Source: Octopus sinensis
Lineage: Eukaryota
DNA: 17,183 bases
Assembly (NCBI RefSeq): GCF_006345805.1
Contig: NW_021824888.1
Coordinates: 1-17,183 of the forward strand
Direction: 5' to 3'
The notes under the pieces are model-generated. The model was not told the origin of the DNA. It saw nothing but the letters and a program-made list of their open reading frames with translations, and did not search any database. Shown here piece by piece: positions 9,309 through 17,183 of the stretch. Position numbers and translations under genes: made by a program. The stretch's first letter is position 1; every line of letters begins with the position of its first letter.

Positions 9309-9812
9309 CAGAAAAAACCTGTTAAATTCACATCGTTTATTTCTTTGTGTCAACACTTTTGTTACCCAGCTGTAACATACTCATTGACAGATTTTCAATA
9401 TCATTAACACAGTTCTTGGTTTACTCTAAGCTCACCAACCGGTTGGCTTGGCTTCAAGAATCAATCTTCTAATTCCCTCTTCTGACATTCTAATCACATG
9501 ATCATAGTACGGATAATGTGGGCCTTTCAATGCGGAGAAGTAGTGGTTCGACACAGAGAAACTTCTTTAAGCTAAGAGTTAACTCTCTTGGTATCTGGTG
9601 CTGAAGAGAAGAAACACGTGCGAAAACACCCATCTGTCCTAAAAAGATCGTTCTGGGGGTGACTACGGTGTTTTAACATAATTTTGTCTGAAGTCAGAAT
9701 TTTCTCTCGATGACTAATTGCAATGATAAGATTTTATTGATTTAAATACCTCTCAAACATACATAAACTGGCTTTGAGTTTGTATACGTTCATTCACTGC
9801 TTCGCGCACCTA

Positions 9813-9813
<1 letters not shown>

Positions 9814-9855
<42 letters not shown>

Positions 9856-10105
9856 TAATATATTATTATATATATATATATAATATATATACATACACAC
9901 ATATATGAATATATATATCGTATATATCCATATATGCATATATATATACATATATATATACATATATGCGTATAATACATATATGCATATATACATATAT
10001 ATGTGTGTACATATATATATATGCAAACATACATATGTATATACATATATATTACACGCACATACACATAAATATACATTTCACACGCACATATTATATA
10101 TATAC

Positions 10106-10137
<32 letters not shown>

Positions 10138-10176
10138 GTTTATATAGACACACATACACACATATATAATCAAACA

Positions 10177-10223
<47 letters not shown>

Positions 10224-10278
10224 TATGTATATATGTATGTATGTATGTATCTATGTAAGTATATATGTATATGTATAC
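9814..10278. repeat. (CA)n/(TA)n/(TG)n microsatellite field
   Basis: Directly visible. Confidence 0.95.
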
Positions 10279-10720
10279 ACCTCCCACTATACAACACACA
10301 GGCCACATGTTTAGCACAACCACTAAAATAAGCAGAGGAAGAAGAGAAAACACTACTGTAGGCTTTTTAGAAAGAAAAAAAATCTTAGAGGAGAGATAAA
10401 GAGATAAAGAGACAGAGAGTGAGAGAATATGGGTGTGTAAAAATATATCTTGACCAAACACCCAAAAATAAAAAGCAACAAGTAAAAAAAATATAGAAAA
10501 AATAATATAAATAGAAATAGGGCGACAGAGGTTGCAGGTTCAATTCCTCCCTCCTTCCCTTTGCCCCTCTATATTCGTTTGAGAAATCCGCAACCCTTAC
10601 CACGGCCAGCTGCCTCGTCCTTGGCTGGAAACCCGAAAATGACACAAGATAACTCTAACAGGTTATCAGAGCCGGCGCATATGTGAGCTTGTTATATAAC
10701 AGACAGGAGTGATGGCGCTA

Positions 10721-10751
<31 letters not shown>

Positions 10752-11159
10752 TTTGTGTGTGGTGGATTTATCTGTGTGGGTGAGGGGAAAGGTTTAAATA
10801 TCTGACTGGATGTTAGGTTTGTTTTTTGTGGTTTTTTTTTACCCCATTCGTAGACTTTTCGTTATCAACCACAGTATCAGCCTATATTTAGGCCAATGAG
10901 GACCCAGGACCCACAACGATATTAACGTGAAGCACAGTGTCATCCCACATGCAGGCAGGACCAATGAACGGTTAGCTTTTGCCTCTACACTGCTCGACTT
11001 GCAAGTAATAGCAACCAAATCTCCTTCCTCGAAATGAAGTCTAACCATTTTCTAAAGAAGGGCATGTCATTTAAAAAAATGTAGTCCTGATGAGTAAAAC
11101 TGGTTTGATCAGAGGTCTGTTTAATTGGAGGCTACAACACAACATCAGCAACAACAACA

Positions 11160-11856
11160 TTAGGGCAGCGGACTCGCGGTCGGAGGATCGCGGTTTCGAT
11201 TTCCAGACCGGGCGTTGCGTGTGTTTATTGAGCGAAAACACCTAAAGCTCCACGAGGCTCCGGCAGGAGGTGGTGGCGACCCCTGTTGTACTCTTTCGCT
11301 CCAACTTTCTATCACTCTTTCTTCCTGTTTCTTGTCCCCGACATCCTACCCAGTGGTTAGGGCAGCGGACACACGGTCGGAGGATCGTGGTTTCGATTCC
11401 CAGACCGGGCGTTGCGTGTGTTTATTGAGCGAAAACACCTAAAGCTCCACGAGGTTCCGGCAGGAGGTGGTGGCGACCCCTGTTGTACTCTTTCGCTCCA
11501 ACTTTCTATCACTCTTTCTTCCTGTTTCTTGTCCCCGACATCCTACCCAGTGGTTAGGGCAGCGGACACACGGTCGGAGGATCGTGGTTTCGATTCCCAG
11601 ACCGGGCATTGTGTGTGTTTATTGAGTGAAAACACCTAAAGCTCCACGAGGCTCCGACAGGGTGGGGTGGCGACCCCTATTGTACTCTTTTGCCCCAACT
11701 TTCTCTCACTCTCTCTTCCTGTTTCTTGAGTAACGCTGCGATGGACTGGCGTCCCGTCCAGCTGGGAGGAACACATACGCCACAGAAACCGGGAAACCGG
11801 GCCCATGAGCCTGGCTAAGCTTGAAAAGGGAGCATAAAAAACTAAAAAAAAAAAAA
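11160..11856 (+). mobile_element. Family D SINE present as three tandem 197-bp head/body units followed by tail type 3 and poly(A)
   Basis: ttagggcagcgg recurs at 11160, 11357 and 11554. Tail gagtaacgctgcgatggactggcgtcccgtccagc...; A-rich end at 11837-11856. Confidence 0.92.
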
Positions 11857-11929
11857 CCGGGGTTGTTGTAATTGACTCAACCCTCCACTGACATTGTTGA
11901 CTGCTGGACTTGTACCAAACTTTGAAACT
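11857..11929 (+). mobile_element. Decayed 3' fragment of a family A (A2) SINE
   Basis: ggggttgttgtaattgact...tgctggacttgtaccaaactttgaaac resembles ggggtcgatgtaatcgat...tgctggccttgtgccaaattttaaaatc in the 3' part of 5238-5452. Confidence 0.6.
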
Positions 11930-12074
11930 AATGTATACACAGTCAATTCGGCAGAAGAGATTGCAAAGATAATCTTTGCGGCTGAGAAAATCAAGGTCTT
12001 CGCGGGATCAAATCTAGGAGACATTACTGAACATATCTGTATATCTGTCTACAAGATATACATGCAGACGTGAT

Positions 12075-12680
12075 GGAGTGTGGCGGTAGTGGTGGTGGTG
12101 GTGGTGGTTGTTGTGGTTTGTTGGTGGTTGTGGTTGGAAGTGTTAGGCTTAGTTGTGAATAGATAATAACGAGATCTATTAAATTGATTTTTACCTTTTT
12201 TTTTTGTACGTGATGTGCGCCCGGGTTGGAGTGCGTGAGCGTGCGATTCTGCGTACGTCTGTCTGTCTGTATGTATGTATGTGTGCGCGAAGGTTTGGTG
12301 GAACGAACATGAAAATAAATATCAATTTGTGTGTGTGTGTGTATGAGTGTGTGTGTGTGTGTATGAGTGTGTGTGTGTGTCTAAAAACACGTACAGACCG
12401 ATAAATATCTATTTTACGTATATCGAAATTCTGAAATAATTTTCAATATAATTATACTCTTCTCAGAGTTAAAAACATGTATTCATGATTAGAATATATA
12501 TATATATATAAGTTTTATATATAGAGATATATATACAATACACGCACACATCAATAGATTGTTTATATTGATATATATATATATTATATATATATATTAT
12601 ATATATATATAATATATATATATATTCAAGACACACACACACACACACACATATCACTACATAATACATACTACATACAT
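12075..12680. repeat. Mixed (GGT)n, (GT)n, (TA)n and (CA)n microsatellite region
   Basis: Directly visible, with short unique spacers. Confidence 0.85.
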
Positions 12681-13040
12681 ACACCACGCACCTATGTATC
12701 TTATGTCTTGCAACCATATGCAAAAATCAACAGAAGGAAAAATAAATATATTAGAAATTCAAAGTTAAATGTCTTCAAATAAAAATAAAATAAAAAGAAA
12801 AAGAAAACACAACCAAAAAGAAAAAAAAGAAAAAATGTTTTAAAAAAACCCGCCCAACCCCAAAATCCGTGGCTTATCGCTAACAGATGGCTTTCGTATG
12901 TTCTACAACCCTTCATCGCAAGTGTGTACATTTAAGTGCACTAAGAAAGATATGTATATACACGTGTGAGTACAAATCTTCGTAAACAGCGATAGAGACA
13001 ATATCTGGATTGTATGTGTTTGTATATATATATATATATA

Positions 13041-13412
13041 CTAGCAGTATCGCCCGGCGTTGCTCGGGTTTGTGAGGGAAATAACTATAAAGCATTTTTA
13101 GAGAGTTATAGCCAAAAAATGGAAAAAAAATGATGGTAAATTTTTTGAGAGTTAAAAAGGTCGAGTTGCGTTCGTCCCATGACAGTCTGTGGTTTGTGTT
13201 TCTGATTCTCGAGCCCATGTCGAATTTATCGATATTTTTCAGAACTGGGGGAACTTTTCAAAATTTTCGCTGCGTTAGTTTTGAATTATGACATTGGGCT
13301 ATGTGTGTGTCAAGTTTCATCAGAATCGGTTGAAAGCCGTGGTCAGGGTAAGGGTACAACCTAACAGACACACAGACACGCAGACAGACAAACTACCGTT
13401 TATATATAGAGA
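13041..13412 (-). mobile_element. 372-bp non-autonomous Helitron
   Basis: The minus strand starts with TC (13412-13411) and ends with CTAG (13044-13041), inserted between A and T with no TSD. GC-rich hairpin cccggcgttgctcggg at 13053-13068, 8 nt from the CTAG end; internal (CAGA)-type repeat near the 5' end. Confidence 0.82.
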
Positions 13413-13511
13413 TATATATAGTGAGTTGGTGAGAGTCAAGTAGGCTCAGTATAGATAAGGCAGAGTAGTGCTCAAATGAATGTGAACTTAAATTCCGACT
13501 TCTCTTTCCAG

Positions 13512-13635
13512 GCAAGGCCCACAGCGTCGAGAGTGTCTAGGAGAGAAATTCTAAATCGAGTTGTTTCGGCGGTAGTAAGGAAGAGAAAGACAGCCAGGCT
13601 TGAAAGCTTGACAGATGCCTTCACATGGAGCATAT
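13512..13635 (+). CDS. Candidate internal exon (124 nt) of an unidentified gene; open frame ARPTASRVSRREILNRVVSAVVRKRKTARLESLTDAFTWSI
   Basis: Acceptor ttccgacttctctttccAG (13510-13511) and donor AT|GTAAGT (13636). Complex unique sequence with only one of three frames open. No protein family recognised. Confidence 0.45.
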
Positions 13636-13698
13636 GTAAGTATATTGCTCATAAGTATATATGTACATATATTATTATTATTATTATTATTATTATTG

Positions 13699-14010
13699 AG
13701 TGAGAGAGCAGTGCATGCCATCAAAGTGACACTGGGGTAAAATATACGAAGCCCAATATACCCATCATAACTACCCGTCTGATAAGGGTACACCAGGCAC
13801 ATGCATCACAACTATATGTGCGCGACATGGTGATCTCATATCAAGATAAACAGCACATGACCTTGCAGGTGGGGCCCAGTTAGAATTTTCTTCAGGTTGA
13901 GTAGCCCATCCCGCTCAAAAGGTCCCTGAATAAGGGTTGTTTAAGGATGTTGAAAGAACCACCCATGTTTCCAGAGGTGAATTATTCAAATCCCAAAGAA
14001 TCCCTCTCAA
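13699..14010. mobile_element. Unclassified interspersed repeat fragment bounded by (TTA)n on both sides
   Basis: Complex sequence flanked by TTA microsatellites like the neighbouring retroposons. I recall it as a common octopus repeat, but there is no second copy in this window. Confidence 0.45.
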
Positions 14011-14062
14011 CACATGGCTATTATTATTATTATTATCATCATCATCATTATTATTGTTGTTG

Positions 14063-14390
14063 AAGGCTCAGTGGTTAGAGCGTCGAGCTTACGATCGTGA
14101 GGTTGTGAGCTCGAATCCCGGACCGGGCTGCGTGTTGTGTTCTTGAGCAAGACACTTTATTTCACGTTGCTCCAGTTCACTCAGCTGTAGAAATGAGTTG
14201 CGACGTCACAGGTGCCAAGCTGTATCGGCCTCTTTGCCTTTCCCTTGGATAACATCAGTGGCGTTGAGAATGGAGGCCAGTATGCATGGGCGACTGCTGG
14301 TCTTCCATAAAACAACCTTGCCCAGACTTGTGCCTCAGAGGGTAACTCTCTAGGTGCAAACCCATGGTCAGTGTCTGACCGAAGGGGGTC
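14063..14390 (+). mobile_element. Family C SINE with a tRNA-Arg(ACG)-like head
   Basis: ggctcagtggttagagcgtcgagcttacgatcgtgaggttgtgagctcgaatccc (A box, TTACGAT loop, B box); colinear with 15768-16100; (TTA)n tail. Confidence 0.9.
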
Positions 14391-14418
14391 ACCACCATTA
14401 TTATTATTATTAATATTA

Positions 14419-14760
14419 TTAATCCTGTTTTCCCCTTGTGGAGCATAGGAACTCAACAGTTGTTTTCCACTTCTTGCGGTCATTGGCGTGTTTCTTGGGT
14501 CCTGAGCTCGTCCAAAATGCTCCGCTTCCATGTCTGCTTCTGGCGTCCTCGCTTCGTTTTCCCCTGCGGATTCCAGTCATGTGTTTGTCGTGTTACATTT
14601 GGAGGTTCTTTCCGCAGTGTGTGTCCAATCCATCTCCATAGCTTCGTCTAATCTGAACATGTATGGGCTCCTGGTTGACCCATTCCCACAGGTCGGTGTT
14701 TGGCACTCTGTCGAACCACTCCAGATGGAGAATCTGCCGGAGAAATTTGTTGATGAACAT
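14419..14760 (-). mobile_element. 5'-truncated, frameshifted RTE-clade LINE 3' end (C-terminus of the RT ORF)
   Basis: Minus-strand translation across frameshifts gives FINKFLRQILHLEWFDRVPNTDLWEWVNQEPIHVQIRR / WRWIGHTLRKEPPNVTRQTHDWNPQGKTKRGRQKQTWKRSILDEL / NDRKKWKTTVEFLCSTRGKQD*, followed by (TAA)n. WRWIGHTLRK and WNPQGKxKRGR are typical of RTE ORF C-termini. Confidence 0.9.
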
Positions 14761-15319
14761 ATATATATAATGCCCGTATTTATCTACCTTACTAGCTCAC
14801 TGTTGTGTGTGTATCATTATTCAGTCTTATTTCAAGATTTCTTGCCAATAGAGAAAGAGCCGGTTTCTAACCTAGATCCAGGGGGCCTTCTTACTCCCTT
14901 AGCCTGTTCTAAACAGTCAGTAAGTTTCCCCACCAGGCAACATCAGTTTTATATATCTTTGGCTTCTAATATATGCCGGATTACACAATACGCTACATTA
15001 AAATCGGTCACGCAAATGTAATCTTGATTACTTTACTAGAAGCTTACCACTGTGCCATTAATTTTGTTGTTTCGTTACTAAATCTTCACAGCATCGTTTT
15101 TTTCTTTTTAATTCACTGGAAACATGTTTTAAAATAAGAAAAATATTCTCACGAACAGTTAATTATAATAACTCGAAGGTAGAAATATTTAAAAGAAAAT
15201 TAAAAGCCACACGCTTAATCTAACCACTGAGACCCCACCGGATTTTCTCTCGAAATGCAATTATGAAGGCCATAATTCTAACGTTCCCACTTCTATGTGG
15301 TAGTCTGTATTCTCTGCAG

Positions 15320-15324
15320 GGAAG
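15320..15324 (+). other. Candidate 5-nt microexon GGAAG
   Basis: tgtattctctgcAG|GGAAG|GTAAGC: near-consensus acceptor and donor 5 nt apart. Confidence 0.25.
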
Positions 15325-15343
15325 GTAAGCTATCAATCAATTT

Positions 15344-15476
15344 GCTATTCACAGAGAGTCCTCAGGAGTTTGCTCTTCAGGGAGAGAGAAGATCCTTAGG
15401 GGGTTCGCTTCACTCTCCAGAAAGTGTTCCTTAGAGGTTAGCTCTTCACAGAGAGAGAAGGCCCTTAGGGGGTTAA
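15344..15476. repeat. Degenerate minisatellite, four units of about 28-35 bp (GCTCTTCACAGAGAG...CCTTAGGGGGTT)
   Basis: Units start at 15344, 15372, 15407 and 15441; units 2 and 4 are the most similar. Confidence 0.7.
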
Positions 15477-15767
15477 CGCGTAGTGTTAGATTTAATTTAA
15501 ACATCGACATCTTCTTCATATTATGATGCTTAGTTGTGTAAGCAGGGTGTTTCCGCCTTCATGATGTGTTACTAATGAATAAACAAACGTGAATCGTGAA
15601 GGATTCGTAGAAGCAAATTATAAATAACGATCGTGCCCTCACATAATTATGTCAGGATTAAAAGAGAAATCGAATCACCAGTTCCTGGGGACACACACAC
15701 ACGAAAGACATGCACCAAAGCCTTTGCTATTTAATATTATTATTTTTATCATTATTATTATTATGTA

Positions 15768-16100
15768 AAGGCGCATAGCTCAGTGGTTAGAGTGTCAAGC
15801 TTACGATCGTGAGTTTGTGAGTTCGAATCCCGGACCGGGCTGCGTGTTGTGTTCTTGAGGAAGACACTTTATTTCACGTTGATCCAGTTCACTCAGCCGT
15901 AGAAACGAGTTGCAACATCACAGGTGCCAAGCTGTATCGGCCCCTTTGCCTTTCCCTTGGATAACATCAGTGGCGTGGAGAGAGGAGGCCGGTATGCATG
16001 GGCGACTGCTGGCCATTCATAAACAACCTTACCCGGACTTGTACCTGGGAGGGTAACTTTCTAGATGCAATCCCACGGTCAGTCATGACCGAAGGGAGTC
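15768..16100 (+). mobile_element. Family C SINE with a tRNA-Arg(ACG)-like head, full length
   Basis: aaggcgcatagctcagtggttagagtgtcaagcttacgatcgtgagtttgtgagttcgaatccc; direct repeat of 14063-14390; (TTA)n tail to about 16138. Confidence 0.9.
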
Positions 16101-16141
16101 TCAGCAGTATATTATTATTATTATTATTATTATTATTATGG

Positions 16142-16560
16142 AAGGCGGCGAGCTGGCAGAATTGTTACCACGCTGGGCAAAATGGTTAGCGGTATTTCGT
16201 CCATCAAGGCGGCGAACCGGCAGAAACGTTAGCACGTCGGGTGAAATGCGAAGCCGTATTTCGTCTGCCGTTACGTTCTGAGTTCAAATTCCGTCGAGGT
16301 CGACTTTGACTTTCATCCTTTCGGGGCCGATTAAATAAGTACCAGTTACACACTGGGGTCGATACAATCGACGTAATCCGTTTGTCTGTCCTTGTTTGTC
16401 CTATCTGTGTTTAGCCCCTTGTGGGTAATAAAGAAATAGGTATTTCGTCCATCTTTACGTTCTGAATTCTACCAAGGTCAACTTTACCTTTCATCCTTCC
16501 GGGGGTGGATAAAACAAGTGCCAGTTGAGCACTGGGGTCGAGGTAATCGACTTATTCCTT
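16142..16560 (+). mobile_element. Family A host SINE (16142-16205 plus 16454-16560) interrupted by a nested insertion
   Basis: The head aaggcggcgagctggcagaattgtt...ggtatttcgtccatc resumes as tttacgttctgaattc after the insert. Confidence 0.85.
16206..16438 (+). mobile_element. Full-length family A (A1 tail) SINE nested in another family A SINE, with a 15-bp TSD
   Basis: Perfect direct repeat ggtatttcgtccatc at 16191-16205 and 16439-16453. Confidence 0.9.
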
Positions 16561-17183
16561 CCTGACCAGTACACTGCCTGTGAGGTTTAAAGATCTTTGT
16601 AGCTTATAAGCAATAATTGCAGAACCTGGATCAGTCTTACAGAGTGGTCTAACATAGATGTCTATCTTCTGATTCACTCATTTACAATAATATTTCAAGA
16701 TCTCTCCACATTTTTCTAAAACATACACACAGCACCCTAATCATGTGACATCACACTCACATCTTCTTACCATTCTCCACACAGTTATACAACTACCCCA
16801 ATCAACATATATCACGTACAAAGTCGGTTCCATAAAAACAGGCCCAAAGTAAGACATACCAGCAAAGCACTATCACGCAGCCAACACCAATGAATAAATA
16901 AATAGATAAAATAAATTTCTCACCAACACCTTTTGAGCAAAGTTAGATAAGGTACACACATCTAAAAACGGATCATATGACTGTAGCCCGTGTATCACAG
17001 AGAAATGTTATATCAGTATCACGATATTGAATGAAATGAGCAAGTTAAGTCAATCTTGATGGCACAAACCACTTTTAATTGACAGTTTCCAAAAGGTTCA
17101 CCCCGACACAGTAATGTGTAATCACTCTATCTGAGAAATATAGAAATACACGGACACATGCGTATCTATACCACATACACACA

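Noticed and set aside
8712-9407. Paralogous-looking ORFs sharing PDEGWRVYQPKRCV
   Set aside because: The shared peptide is the translation of the inverted hammerhead-bearing repeat, not a protein duplication.
10662-10682. 21-nt AG...GT segment (VIRAGAY) as a microexon
   Set aside because: No polypyrimidine tract before the AG; such pairs arise frequently by chance.
11087-11125. Second CTGATGA as a possible hammerhead
   Set aside because: No GAAA follows the putative stem II and there is no cleavage triplet or stem I.
11160-11730. CRISPR-like or gene-array interpretation of the 197-bp repeats
   Set aside because: The units are near-identical throughout with no unique spacers, and they are eukaryotic SINE sequence.
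13512-13635. Resemblance of VSAVVRKRKTARLESLTDAFTWSIW to the glutamate-receptor S1-M1 linker
   Set aside because: Lacks the conserved upstream F[ST]xP[FY] motif and the proline before the pre-M1 aromatic; probably chance, so no gene symbol is assigned.
14530-15021. 163-aa plus-strand ORF
   Set aside because: Its first half is antisense to the RTE LINE fragment; the real coding signal is on the minus strand and is frameshifted.
15768-15845. tRNA-Arg(ACG)-like gene (similar heads at 14063, 9056, 7500, 7827 and 6272)
   Set aside because: Acceptor and anticodon stems do not close properly, and each head continues into a repeated SINE body; these are SINE heads, not tRNA genes.

Overview
Eukaryotic, non-coding, repeat-saturated DNA. 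It is most likely intronic or intergenic sequence from an octopus (coleoid cephalopod); this is inferred from my recollection of the SINE families and the extreme microsatellite load, and is not database-checked. No complete protein-coding gene is supported: the long ORFs are microsatellite read-throughs or antisense to repeats. The window contains at least five tRNA-headed SINE families (labelled A-E here) in about 15 full or partial copies, a 5'-truncated RTE-clade LINE fragment, a 415-bp MITE with 29-bp TIRs and a perfect 8-bp TSD, a 372-bp non-autonomous Helitron, and large TA/CA/TAA/ACC microsatellite fields. The most striking signal is at 8971-9308: a tRNA-headed SINE whose 3' tail contains a complete minimal type I hammerhead ribozyme core of the Penelope-like-element kind, with an inverted copy of that tail fused to its 5' end. 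Other points of interest are one SINE head carrying three different tails, a tandem SINE trimer with a recombinant middle unit, a SINE-in-SINE insertion with a 15-bp TSD, and a candidate + strand exon (13512-13635) with a possible 5-nt microexon (15320-15324).
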